Origin: Octopus vulgaris
Lineage: Eukaryota
Direction of reading: 5' to 3'
NCBI GenBank assembly: GCA_951406725.2
Contig: OX597815.1
Span: 35,216,001 to 35,280,000, forward strand
DNA length: 64,000 nt
Positions 14,470-28,314 of the stretch are shown here, piece after piece; within the stretch, counting starts at the first letter, position 1; the number at the start of each line of letters is the position of its first letter. The position numbers and the translations under genes are program-made. The notes below the pieces were generated by a model. It searched no databases, was not told where the DNA came from, and saw only the letters and a program-made list of their open reading frames with translations.

Positions 14470-14879
14470 GGGTCTTTTCGGTTTGAACGGCAGTTTTTTC
14501 TAGCGGTGTCATATGAAATTTTCACCCATAATTATGACCCTAGTATTGATCTATTGCATTTCAATCTGTTTTAGGGTTAGGGGTGGGGGTGGGTATCTTT
14601 TTTTCTTCAGAAATGTAAATAAACCCAATCTGTTTCTTAAACGAGGGACATATTCATACGGCGCAGAACGTTTTCACCTCAATAGACGTCATTGATTGGT
14701 TGAAATTTCAGAAATTGAAGAATAAAAAACAACAAATATCTTACAAACTATAGCGTTTTCTCAATAAAGCCAAGAGAAAAAGATGTTTTATAAACACATT
14801 CTACCAGTATACGAAGTTTAAAAGTGTTTAGTTACGTGGAAATTATTTTAAAAAGCTACCGTTCAAACCGAAAAGATCC
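14470..14879. mobile_element. MITE with ~30-bp TIRs and 8-bp TSD (Merlin-like termini)
   Basis: TIRs GGGTCTTTTCGGTTTGAACGG / CCGTTCAAACCGAAAAGATCC; TSD GCCTTATC at 14462-14469 and 14880-14887. Confidence 0.85.
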
Positions 14880-15184
14880 GCCTTATCCTTTCTTTCCAAA
14901 GCCGCAATCATCCGGAACTCGAGTTCGGTCAAAGTTTTCTCTCACAGGCACCAACTTATAAATGTTCGAGTTTAATATAAACCATACCGAACTCAGTTTG
15001 GGAATTTAAAATTATCAAGAATGCTTCTCTTTCTCCTTATTTTCTCGTTCTTCACCTCCTCATTAGTCAAGAAATATTATAATGCATGTTAATATACACG
15101 TGTGCCATATGATATGTAATATAAATATGCTTCTCTTTAATCTGATGCTCATTTGCATTATTTTTCATCTTACTGAATGAAATA

Positions 15185-15417
15185 TATTTCTTTACTACCC
15201 ACAAGGGGCTAAACATAGAGGGGACAAACAAGGACAGACAAAGGGAGTAAGTCGATTACATCGACCCAGTGCGAAACTGGTACTTTATTTATCGACCCCG
15301 AAAGGATGAAAGGTAAAGTCGACCTCGGCGGAATTTGAACCCAGAACGTAACGACAGACGAAAAACCGCAAAGCATTTCGCCCGGCGCGCTAACGTTTCT
15401 GCCAGCTCGCCGCCTAA
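15185..15417 (-). mobile_element. tRNA-derived SINE with Meta-domain-like centre
   Basis: GGCGAGCTGGCAGAA head, GGTTCAAATTCC B-box, CCTTTCATCCTTTCGGGGTCGATAAA centre; TSD ACTGAATGAAATA at 15172 and 15418. Confidence 0.9.
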
Positions 15418-15857
15418 ACTGAATGAAATAGTTTAAGATTTTAGTCATTACTTGCCGTCATGATACAACATTTTCTTCCATTGTGTTTATTTTCAATCTA
15501 TTGGAGTGGAGGTGTCCCAGAGGGAAGTGGATCTGAGATGGAAGGAATCAGTAAAATGTTTATAGCATGATTTGCATGTTGTGACACAACAGAGAAGTGA
15601 AGTGAGTGCAACGGCTGGGGTTGGGATAGAGATGGTATGCAATGTACTAGTACAAAGGAGCAGAAACCGTTGTGGTACAATAGGTGCGACATTGTAAAGA
15701 CAAACAGTGTGGTGTTGTGGGGGTAATTATTGTTACACATTCGCCGAAAAAGTTCAGAAGGGTTGATACAGAGCAGGGAAGAAAATGGCTACTTTTTTAA
15801 ATTTTTCACTTCGTCAATATTGGAATGTTTATTAATCAACAGCATTCCTGTTTAATC

Positions 15858-15931
<74 letters not shown>

Positions 15932-16163
15932 TCTTTCTGGCTTTGCTTTGTCATTCGTCAAACATTTGCTCTAATTTTTTTGTTTTTTGTTTTTTTTTGT
16001 TTATTTGCTTTGTTTTTATCTTATATTCCAGAATACCGATCGAAACATTACATCAATAACGCATCCAAGATCGGGAAAAATACTTCAAAAGCACAAACGT
16101 CAGCATATACTCACCCATGAAGAATACATACCCTACAATTTTCTAAAGTTATTCATGTCTTTT

Positions 16164-16207
<44 letters not shown>

Positions 16208-17151
16208 TTTCTTATTCTTTCTGCATGCTCATACCTCCCTATATTCAACTATTGCTAATTTCCTATTTGTATTTATCGGCCTCCACAAAAATTTAGAACA
16301 CGTTTCAGGCATAGTTTTCTTGTTCAATCACTATTTGTATTAATTTATTTCCGTTTTCTCTCAGGTGTTTATCCAGAATTTTTGTAGTAAATTCTAATTG
16401 TTACTATGTACTTTAGAACGATGTTTCCTCTTATGATATCATTCTTTTTTTTTTAATCATATTTAAAATTTTTTTTCTTAATTCTCTAAGTCTCAGTGAT
16501 ATGCTTAATCTCAGCTAATGAAATTAAAGATTTAGCACATTTTTAACTAATATATCAATGCTGAATGTTTTGTTTCTAATTTAATTTTGTGTTGAGCAAT
16601 ACTCTACTATGCTTATGGGAATGCCTTACACGATACAGCTTAGTAATTTCCTAATATTTACATAGTTGTCGTTGAGTCTATGATCTAATTATTTCGCCAT
16701 TCATTAATTTACGCAAGACTTATGTAGTTATGTATATATGTAGTTAATTTGTTTTGTTCTTTTTTTTATATATATATATATATATAAACCTACTAAAACT
16801 ACATAAAAGGTAAAAATTTATTTAAAACTAATTTCATTAAAATTCTTTCTGTTATAGTCTAGTAACGGCAAATTACTTAATGCTAAAGCTTCCATGTTGA
16901 CCGCCACCTCTTGTATATTGGCTCCAGATCATCAATATACATTAGGTAGTTAATTATATAAAGTAATCATTTCTATTGTCAGCTTAATCAAGTGCCGTGC
17001 TAAGTTGTCAACTAATCAAATACTCGACCTAGTTTCAATCTCCAGTTGAATCCACTTCGCTTTAGATTGTTCATACCTTTGAGAATGGCATTTACCGCAT
17101 TATTTCGCAGTAGCGTCCGTTCTCTAATGCACAAGTCATCAAGCGAATGGA

Positions 17152-17529
17152 AACATCATCATCGTCGTCGTCGTCGTCGTCGTCTTCGACATCGTCGTCA
17201 TTGTCGTCGTTGTTATGATCATCTTCCTCATCGTTATCGCTGTTGTCATCGTCATCGTCACTATGGACATCATCATCGTCGTCGTCGTCATCTTTGGCAT
17301 AATTATCATCATCATCGTCGACGTCGTCGTCATAGCTGTCGTCATCTTTGACATTATCATTATCATCATCATCATCATCATCGTCGTCGTCGTCACCATA
17401 GCTGTCGTCATAGCTGTCGTCATCTTTGACACTATCATCATCATCATCACCATCACCATCATCATCGTCGTCGTCGTCGTCGCCATAGCTGTCTTCATCT
17501 TTGGCATTATTATCATAATCACCACCATT

Positions 17530-17586
<57 letters not shown>

Positions 17587-17627
17587 GTCGTCGTCGTCGT
17601 CTTCGTCATAGCTGTCGTCATCTTTGA

Positions 17628-17667
<40 letters not shown>

Positions 17668-17725
17668 GTTGTCGTCGTCGTCGTTATCGTCATCACCATC
17701 ACCATAATAATAACAATAATAACAA
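17152..17725. repeat. (CAT)n/(CGT)n compound repeat with a higher-order unit
   Basis: CATAGCTGTC[G/T]TCATCTTTG[A/G]CA recurs between triplet runs. Confidence 0.9.
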
Positions 17726-17964
17726 ATACGATTATTGTTATTTATAATTATTATTATCCGATACGCATGCTGCCTTAATGGCCATTACGGTATTGGTTTA
17801 ATATCTGAGTCGATGTTATTGGCAAGGTGGAATCTGTGTCAAACATATTGCCAGACTGACTGTTCTCAACAGATTTACCACTGTATAAATATGAAATGCA
17901 ATAGATAATTGCGTTGGTCAAACTGACCTGGCTGTTAGAGATGGCGTCATCTATACTTTACTAG

Positions 17965-18874
17965 CAACACCCTCACCACCGCCAGCACCTTCAGCCATCA
18001 CCATCACTATAGCATCTCCACTATCGCAACCACCATCACCACATACACCTTCACTACCATCACCACTGTCACCATCGCCACCACCACCACCATCTCTGGC
18101 GCTACCAGTAGCACCACCATCTTCACTACTATGACTGCCTCTATCAGTCCTATCAACTATACCACCGCCGTCAGCGTTGCCTACTACCACCAAAACTAAT
18201 ATTACCATCACCATCACCACAACCACCAGCACCACCAGCACCACCACCACCATCACCACCATCACCACCACCGCCACCACCATCATTATATCATTACCAA
18301 CGAATTCACTATCGCCAAAAACATCACCACCACCATCACCTTCATTACCACCACCACCACCACCATCACTACCACCATCTCCTTCATTACCACCACCACT
18401 GCTGCTGCCGCTATCACCTGCTCCTAAAGTATCACCACCGTAAGCGCCACCAAAACCAATACCAACTCCATCCCTAATCCCCTACCTTCACTACCACCAC
18501 GCCCACCATCATCACCATCATCATCAACAATGACAATACTTTCTTCATTTTCACACCATCTCCATCACCACCACCACCACCACCACCACCACCACCAATA
18601 TTACTTGCAGCAAGTGTAGCAACAGCACTAAAGCAGCAATACTCAAAATCACCATTATTGCCACGAAGACCATCCAGTGTCATCAGTATCATACCCCCTC
18701 CCCCACCTCCGCCACCATCACCACAACCACCACCACCACCACCACCACCACCACCATCATCATCATGACTTTCGCCACCACCACCGTCAGCATCTATAGC
18801 GCCAACCTCAACACCAAAACACGATGAACAAACACAAAACTGAGGCGACCACAACCAGCACCGTTCCCACCTCA

Positions 18875-18954
<80 letters not shown>

Positions 18955-18965
18955 TAATAATACTA
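17965..18965. repeat. Degenerate (CCA)n region ending in (CTA)n/(TAA)n
   Basis: Directly visible. Confidence 0.9.
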
Positions 18966-19068
18966 ATGCCAGCTCCGACGCTATCCACATCAGCCCCCTT
19001 TCGCTACATTAAATCGTATCGGATGACTCATATTGCTTTTGGCGTTTTCTATATCCGGGTCCCCAATT

Positions 19069-19103
<35 letters not shown>

Positions 19104-19751
19104 TTACGTTTTGTCAAATAAGGGGACTTCTCGTTAGTAAGCCACTAGTAGTACATTCTCGGATGATGGAAGCGAAGTGGTGGTGGTGGTGGTGGTGGTG
19201 ATGGTGATGGCGAGTGTTCGAGGCTGATGTCCATTCTTTGCCTTATTTCTCTACCTCCCTCCCTCCCTCTCTTCCCCTCTCTCTTTATGACTCCTCCCTC
19301 TCTCTCTCTACTATTACTACTACTTCTGTCATTTCTCCCCCTCCATCTTTTTCCCGAATGTTAATCAGCCTTAAGGAAGGAATAAACAAATTTCAACATT
19401 AATTATATTACACAGTTGTTATTGATTTTCGCGCTTTTCTGACTTTATAATGTACTGAGATCTGCGGTAACTTGTATGGTGGCGGTGGCGGTGGTGGTGG
19501 GTGTTGTGGTGGTGGTGGTGGTGGTGGTGCTGCTGCTGGTGATGCGGTCTAGCGGGGTGGATGCAGTGTATAAGGGGTGTAATGTTTACATATGATTTTG
19601 TTTCTGTATATGTGAAGCGCGTATGCACGTATGCGTATGAATGCGCATGTGTGCGCCTGTCATTCTTTCTTCTATGTATGCACGTGTGTTTTTATGCACA
19701 TTTGTATGCATGTATACAGAAAGAGACAGACAGAAAGAGGAGAAAGTAAAT

Positions 19752-19823
<72 letters not shown>

Positions 19824-19824
19824 T

Positions 19825-20056
19825 GTTTCTTTATTACCCACAAGGGGCTGAACATAGAGGGGACAAACAAGGACAGACGAACGGATTGAGTCGATTACAT
19901 CGACCCCAGTGCGTAACTGGTACTTAATTTATCGACCCCGAAAGGATGAAAGACAAAGTCGACCTCGGCGGGATTTGAACTCAGAACGTAACGGTAGACG
20001 AAATACGGCTACGCATTTCGCCCGGCGTGCTAACGTTTCTGCCAGCTCGCCGCCTT
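19825..20056 (-). mobile_element. Meta-domain-like SINE inserted in (GATA)n
   Basis: Near-identical to 15185-15417; GATA arrays on both sides. Confidence 0.9.
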
Positions 20057-20057
20057 A

Positions 20058-20099
<42 letters not shown>

Positions 20100-20102
20100 G
20101 AG

Positions 20103-20139
<37 letters not shown>

Positions 20140-20140
20140 T

Positions 20141-20741
20141 GTTTCTTTATTAGCCACACAGGGCTGCACACAGATAGAACAAATTACAAGGTAGAGCTTT
20201 TCTTTTGAAGGTTTAAAAAAAAAAAAAAAAAAAAAAAAGGAAGGGGAGTTTCGATCAAAAGGGATCGTAAAAGGAGAGAAAGAGGACAAAAAAAGGGGGG
20301 TTAAAAAAAAGGGGGAGAGGAAAAAAAATTGATCAATAGGGATCGTTATCACAGAAATGTCAATATGAAGTGTAAAGGGGAGGACAGGTGAGGTTTACCC
20401 GTGGAAAGAAAAGCCTACGGAAAAGACCACGGTAACCTCGGTCAATGAAGTCACATTTTATATTTCTTTTTTTTTTTTTTTGCAAATAAGCAACTCTCTG
20501 TTTTCGATTTCTGGGTTCATAGGACTATGCTCAAGGTGGCTTCGTCATTCATACGTGCCATTCTTGCTACATTCACCCATCTTTTTTTAAAACATTCGCT
20601 AGACAAAACTTGCCTCTCTACTCTCACTTTCCTTTTCAAGTGGTACTTGAAGAAGTTGATGAGAGATTGACCAGAGAGGAAAGTGTTTGTCTCCAAACCT
20701 TTCAGACGCGTCCACCAGATACATTCTTTCGCCATAGCCAC
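20141..20741 (-). mobile_element. 5'-truncated L1/Tx1-like LINE: ORF2 C-terminus plus 3'UTR, inside (GATA)n
   Basis: Minus [13 protein letters not shown]...[27 protein letters not shown] resembles the AK..IW..R tail of L1/Tx1 ORF2; a near-identical segment lies at 44755-44895. Confidence 0.7.
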
Positions 20742-20781
<40 letters not shown>

Positions 20782-20782
20782 C

Positions 20783-20905
<123 letters not shown>

Positions 20906-20953
20906 CATAGATAGATAGATAGATATATATATATATAGATAGATAGATAGATC

Positions 20954-21013
<60 letters not shown>

Positions 21014-23049
21014 GCAAGTAGACAGATGGAACGTCGGACGGACGGTCGATCGATCGAACAGACGGACAGGTGATTGGATGGATGGATGGTGAGATATAGT
21101 AATTATAAACACAAATATTCCGCAATTCTAAGAAAATATTTCTTTTGCGCAATGAAATTAGCCAGAGTTATCAGTAAAATTGGAAAAAAAAACTGTCTTA
21201 AAGCAATAATATAATGACATAAGTACAGCTAAAACGAAGAGACAGTTAAAAATAAAATTTTGCTTCATGTTGAAATAATTGCATAATATATTCTAATCGG
21301 CTTCTCATAAGACGATTATGTTCCTTGCCGTCAGCCGTATATAGAAACACACGGACATGTGGTGCCTTCCTCAGCGTAACTGAAAGGCGTCTGAGTATTT
21401 TACTGTTTGTATACAGTAAGATGTAGAGATGGTGAAATATCGAAAGAGTTGAAATATCAAGAACACAAATAATGTACTACTTGTTCTGTGGAAGACTTGA
21501 CAATAATGTTTGAATCACCAAAATTTCCATTTAAAAAAAAAAAATCGAATTTAAAATTCAATTTATAGAAATTAGAAATTATCTGTAATTATAGGAATAA
21601 ACATTTTTCAAGTAAACCGAAAGTATTTCTTTGTATTAGTAAGAGAGCTCAATAAAAGCGGAAAACTTATGCAACAATATAATGATACATGTATACACAC
21701 ACACACACACACATGCTAGAACGTAAAAGCTACAGACGAAGAGACAGCAATAAATGGATAGGATAAATTAGATATATTATATATTACCTTATAACTTTAA
21801 ACATGATTTTTTTTCATTGCTTTTAGAGTGTATAACATTTTATTTTCAAAATTACTGAATCAACAATATTTATATTTCATAAATGAAATATCAAATAAGC
21901 AAATAAATAAATGAGGATTTTCGACAAATTTCCAGTAGATGCTTTTGAAATTTCTAAGAGACTAAACATCCTACCAAACTTTCAGATAAAAGTTAGAAGC
22001 AGGTGGTGGAAACGGCAATTTGAGTATGTGATCCAAGTAGGAGTACCGAAAGATGTAAAGCAGAAATTCAAACTGGGTTTGTATTGAACTATCTTAGATG
22101 TAGCCAAAATTCCGTTGAAAATAGATCCCAACACCCACAACAATATAATTTCTATAATTTCTTGATACATAACGGAAACGAAGATATTAATGCTAAAGAT
22201 ACGCAGCCAAATTATTGCAATACCACAAAAACTTTCGCAGAAGGAGTATTTAACTTCATACTACAACAAAAATCCTGGAGAATGTTGCAAACGTTGTCGT
22301 TACATCGAGGCAGGGATCATAAAAGCAGGAGTAAATTACTCCAAATGAGGTAAAATTATACACGATGAGAGTAATACATATGCACGAGAAACACTTTTTC
22401 TAGTGTGTCAGCCATATATATTTATTCATAAAGCGAAGACAGATTTTTATTACTTTACATTTTGTACTCATATTATTTTGAATATTGTTTTGTTACATAA
22501 ATGTGGCATCATTCTAAATCTCTAGAACATTACCAGTTTACTTCTTTTTATTAAAAGCTTATTCATTTTTCTGTATGTTTACCTAAATTTATTGTCACGA
22601 GAGCAAAACTGTATTTCATATGGAACTTTAGTCAAGTGAGGTGTGAAACTTTTAGAGAGTAATAACGTTTTTCTATTCAAAACTACTGAATCAACAGCAT
22701 TTATATTTCGTATATGAAATTATAAATAAAAAATATAAATAATCTAGTATCAATATTATGTCTTTCTTGGACATAAATGATTTTTTTCTCTTTTACATTT
22801 TGAATAGTCCATAACTTTTTAAAACGAGTATGAAGTGATTATCAATTGATAAAATATATTATACTTAAAAAAAGATAATATAAATTTTTTTAAATATTTT
22901 TACAATGAATGCATACAAGAAACTTTCCAAAGTAAGGTGTGTGCGCTTACCAGAGGATGTGTTAGGCATTTCTCGGTGTTAAGAAAGGTAATTCGCAAGG
23001 ATGAACAAAGAATGAAGTCGGAGTTGTATATTAATTATTTTTTAAGTAA

Positions 23050-23348
23050 AATTACAAAGGCACAAATCTTGGACATTATTCTAATCATTCGCTTACTTAT
23101 TTCAATGCACTATTTTACTTCTATTTTTTTTTTTATATGTCTGAACAAATATATTGTCCGATGTTTTTATGATCGGAATAAATAATATTCTACAACATAT
23201 CTAATTACAATGGCACAAATATTGAAAAATATTTTAATCATTTACTTACATATTTCAGTGAACTATTTCATTTTTTATAATACAAATAAACAAGTACATT
23301 GTTCGTTGTTATATGATCGGAATAAATAATATTCTGTAACATATGTAT
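23050..23348. repeat. Diverged tandem duplication of about 150 bp
   Basis: aattacaa.ggcacaaat...tatgatcggaataaataatattct occurs twice. Confidence 0.8.
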
Positions 23349-23784
23349 TAATTCATATGTTCTGACAGATTTGAACGTGAATATCTGATCGTTGTTATTT
23401 ATTATCATTGAAGAAGACCTCCTCCTTTTAAACAACGTGTATTTATAAAACGATTCAGCCGTATAAGTGGAGTTTGACATACAGGATTGTTTCGTCCATA
23501 TTGTGTGTCTTCTCAGTTAAATTATCTCGCCGGACCGATGAATTTAATGCGAGCACAGGTCTTTTGTGTAAAGAAATCAGCAAACACATTATTTGCTGAC
23601 GCCTGCTGATGTCTGCCAAGAATATACTACATATGGAAAAGCGAAAATCCACACAATAAGGAATCTATTCATTGTTCATACGGTCTAGCAAATTCGAATG
23701 TAAATATCTGATCGCTTTTGAATTTCATCGTCGGAGAACACCTCTCTTATTATTTGGATTCTCAGTTTTGCGCGCAGCCCTGTT

Positions 23785-23897
23785 TGCCTTTCATCCTTTC
23801 GAGGTCGACAAAATAAGTACCAGTCAAGTACTGGGGTTGAAGTGATCGACTGTACCCCTCCCCACAAATTCCAGGTCTTGTGACTATAGTAGAAAGA

Positions 23898-23900
<3 letters not shown>
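23785..23900 (+). mobile_element. Meta-domain-like SINE 3' fragment ending in a long (TTA)n
   Basis: GCCTTTCATCCTTTCGAGGTCGA...AAGTACCAG. Confidence 0.75.
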
Positions 23901-23950
<50 letters not shown>

Positions 23951-23961
23951 CATTATTATTA

Positions 23962-24034
<73 letters not shown>

Positions 24035-24052
24035 TTATTATTATTATTATTA

Positions 24053-24098
<46 letters not shown>

Positions 24099-24099
24099 G

Positions 24100-24131
<32 letters not shown>

Positions 24132-24400
24132 TTCATATACACACAACAGATGCTGGAAAAGAAAAAGTACTTTATTAGGTTCATGCTCATACCCTTTATG
24201 AGTATATTCAAATCCTAGCTTTCTACATAACTCCCAGTGGATTACTCTCCCTAGGTTGTCATGTTTTTTCTTGTATTCTTTCTGTGCCAGAATGCTACAT
24301 TCATTTACTATGTGGGTTACACTTTCCTCTTTTGATTTACATAACCTACATTAGGAATCTACTTGGTTTTTGTTTATCATCATCATCATCATCATCATCA

Positions 24401-24452
<52 letters not shown>

Positions 24453-25036
24453 GTACATCTACATAGATAAATATATATAAAAATGTATATTCGTATATAT
24501 ATGTATATGTGTGTGTACATACGTACCTACATGCATTCATAATGCATGCATTCATACGTACATACATACATACATACATACATACATACATACATACATA
24601 CATACATACATACATACGTACGTACGTACGTAGTACATACATAGGATGCTAAATGAGATCTACGCTATTTTTGTTAAAGCACGAAAATTTACCGGGGATT
24701 TCCACATCAATGGTAATTTCGACTACTTTTACTTAAAAACGAAAACAAGGTAGCAGAGACAAAGCATTGATTCAAACAGCCTTTGAATCTCGCACTCATA
24801 TCTCTTCGATTTCATTAACTAATTACCAAATATTGAAATCCAGCCAAGGATCAAGTCTGCACACTTGAGGTCGATAACATCATGAGAATTGGAATGGAGC
24901 TTCTCAGAAAATATTCCATGACTTATGAACTGGGATATACACCTAGATAATCTACCCAACTCTACTGCAACGGGTCATCAGAAAAGAGGCTGCATACTTA
25001 CAAACAAAAGGTCATATGTAGCAATATTCCCAGAAG

Positions 25037-25301
25037 TGGAGGCACATGGCCTAGTGGTCAGAGCAGCGGACTTGCGGTCGAGGGATAGCGGGTTCGAATC
25101 TCAGACCGGGTGATGTATGTGTTTATGAGCGAAACACCTAAGCTCCACGCGGCTCCAGCAGAAGGTAATGGCGAACTTCTGCTGACGCATTCGCCACAAC
25201 TTTCTCTCACTCTTCCCTCCTGCATCTTGCAGCTCACCTATACGCCAAGGAAACCGGCCCTTATGAGCCAGGCGGGGCTCGAGAAGGAACAAACAAAAAG
25301 A
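25037..25301 (+). mobile_element. tRNA-derived SINE with TSD
   Basis: TGGCCTAGTGG A-box, GGTTCGAATC B-box, A-rich tail; TSD AATATTCCCAGAAG at 25023 and 25302. Confidence 0.9.
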
Positions 25302-25988
25302 AATATTCCCAGAAGGTTTCAAAGTGACAATGGCATTGACAAACAGTAGTTTATACTAGTTTAAGAACTAGGATATTAGCTCTAACTTTGAAGGGTATAT
25401 TTTTATGATAAAAGAGCGGAAAACTACCACAAAATACCTGATACACAAAACGGATGGGGATGCTGATAAACCATCAGAGGCGACAACAGATGTAGGTTTT
25501 GTGAAAATAACATTAAGGATGTCATCCAACTTATAAGTTGCTGTCTGAGATTTCTAATTATGAACACTGTATAAGGAAAACTGTAGAAAGTATAATACTC
25601 TGAACACAAATATAGGAAGCTACAGTGATTTGAAGGGCATAATTACAGATAATTCGAAAGAATACTTGTGGAACTTTCCTGTCATGACTTTAACAAAATG
25701 CAAGCCCAACATAAATCCTGCAGGTACTCTAAACGAACTTGAAATTTAGATTTCCACTAATACTTATCGGGGCTTTAAATTATGAGGTTCATTGTTGCAG
25801 TATCAATCTTGAGGAACCGGAATTCACAACACAGCAAAGAATACGTTTAATCAGCTTACAAGTACATGTCAAAGATACAATTAAAATATGTAAAACATTC
25901 ATTTAATACATGTAATAAGATCCACAAATGCAATGACAAGCATACCTGCCTACACACGTTTGTTCATGTACACTACACACACACACAT

Positions 25989-26045
<57 letters not shown>

Positions 26046-26262
26046 ACATCTATACATACACATGTATGCATTTATGTATGTATAGAGTGTTTGTAGTGGT
26101 GTACAGATTTTATATATTAATAAAAGGAAGTAGTCAGAAAGTGATTACTACTGTTTGTTGAACACTTTCAGGGATTCGTCATGACAATACCTGAAGGGGA
26201 TGAAAGAACTCAATCAATATTACACACACTCACACACACACACACACACACATGCATGTATG

Positions 26263-26686
<424 letters not shown>

Positions 26687-27020
26687 AATACAAGCGTACA
26701 TACATACATTGATATATGTATATATGTATACATATCTACGCCTACGCGTAGAACACTTATTTTTAGTTTCCAATGAGTGTTTGTTTCGAGGCTAGAAACC
26801 AATTTTTTTCCATTAGTATGAAACTCAAAAAATAAAACAAACATGCATGCATCGATACATACTTATATCATACTGTATGACATGACAAGTCGTTTGTGCG
26901 GGTACTTCATAATTGAGGCTCAGGTGGTGTAGGGACCCATTATTACAGTTTAATATATCATTAAGGGTGAGACGGCGAGCTGGCAGAATCTTTACTACAC
27001 CAGTAAGGATTCTTACTTAA

Positions 27021-27434
27021 GGCAGCGAGCTGGCAGAATAGTTAGCACGCCGGGCGAAATGCCTAGCGGTATTTCGTCTGCCGTTACGTTCTGAGTTCAA
27101 ATTCCGCCGAGGTCGACTTTGCCTTTCATCCTTTCGGGGTCGATTAAATAAGTACCAGTTACGCACTGGGGTCGATATAATCGACTTAATTCGTTTGTCT
27201 GTCCTTGATTGTCGTCTCTGTGTTTAGCCCCTTGTGGGTGGTAAAGAAATAGGTATTTCGTCTGCCGTTACGTTCTGAGTTCAAATTCCGCCGAGGTCGA
27301 CTTTTGCGTTTCAGCCTTTCGGGGTCGATAAATTAAGTACCAGTTACGCACTGGGGTCGATGTAATCGACTTAATTCCTTCGTTTGTCCTTGTTTGTCCC
27401 CTCTATGTTGTGGGCTTGTGGGCAATAAAGAAAT
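27021..27434 (+). mobile_element. Dimeric Meta-domain-like SINE nested in an older SINE
   Basis: Full monomer 27021-27251, then a second body restarting at GGTATTTCGTCTGCC; older SINE head at 26974 resumes at about 27436. Confidence 0.85.
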
Positions 27435-27563
27435 AAGAATCCTTATTGCACCAGGTAAAATGCTTAGTGGCATTTCTTCTGTGTTTGTGTTGTATATTCA
27501 AATTCTATCAGGGTCCACTTTACCTTTCATCTTTTCAGGAGTCGATAAAACAAGTACCAGTTG

Positions 27564-27800
27564 TACAGTACACATAAAGAATAAAAACAGGACAAGGAAA
27601 CCAACATTGAGGGCTTTTTTAAACCTTGACGGTGGAAAAATTCGTTGGAGCGCAATTCAGAAAATCGACTTGCTAGAGATAGAAGAACTAGCAAGTCGAT
27701 TTTCTGAATTGCGCTCCAACGAATTTTTCCACCGTCTAGGCTTAAAAAAGCCCTCAATGTTGGTTTCCTTGTCCTGTTTTTATTCTTTATGTGTACTGTA
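27564..27800. repeat. Fold-back inverted repeat, 113-bp arms, 11-nt loop
   Basis: 27564-27676 is the reverse complement of 27688-27800, with 2 mismatches seen. Confidence 0.95.
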
Positions 27801-28103
27801 TTTTTATTTGTATTGCTTTTACGTCCTGTTCTTGTCACTTTTTTCTTCTTTTTTTACCCCTCTGCAAAAGAATTTTATTTAATTCATTTTGCGGGAAGGA
27901 CTGTTTCGGCCGGATCGTGTTCTGCCCTTACCTTCGAAACACGCATTGAGTCAAACCAAGGGCAGCTGATGAAGGGGAATATTCCTTGTATTGTTTGTCT
28001 TGTACTCTGTTTTTTCGATGTTAAAAAAAGGCCGTTTCCATATTTGTTTTTATGTTTTCGTTTCTCGTTGTGTTCTACGTTTATTTGTGGTGTCCTGTAC
28101 TTA

Positions 28104-28196
<93 letters not shown>

Positions 28197-28269
28197 ATAT
28201 ACATATAGATGTAGGTATGTACATATATGTATGTATGTATGTATGCATATGTTTTATTTGTTAAATTGT

Positions 28270-28313
<44 letters not shown>

Positions 28314-28314
28314 A

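Noticed and set aside
17046-18875. His/Arg-, Met/Thr- and Gly/Pro-rich ORFs
   Set aside because: They arise from CAT/CGT/CCA triplet repeats; no splice or domain support.
25037-25110. tRNA gene (also at 35250, 39870 and 29735)
   Set aside because: A/B boxes run into SINE bodies, with a TSD at 25037; no complete cloverleaf or terminator.
27925-27990. Complete type II hammerhead
   Set aside because: GAAAC and CTGATGA are present, but stems I and III cannot be formed convincingly.
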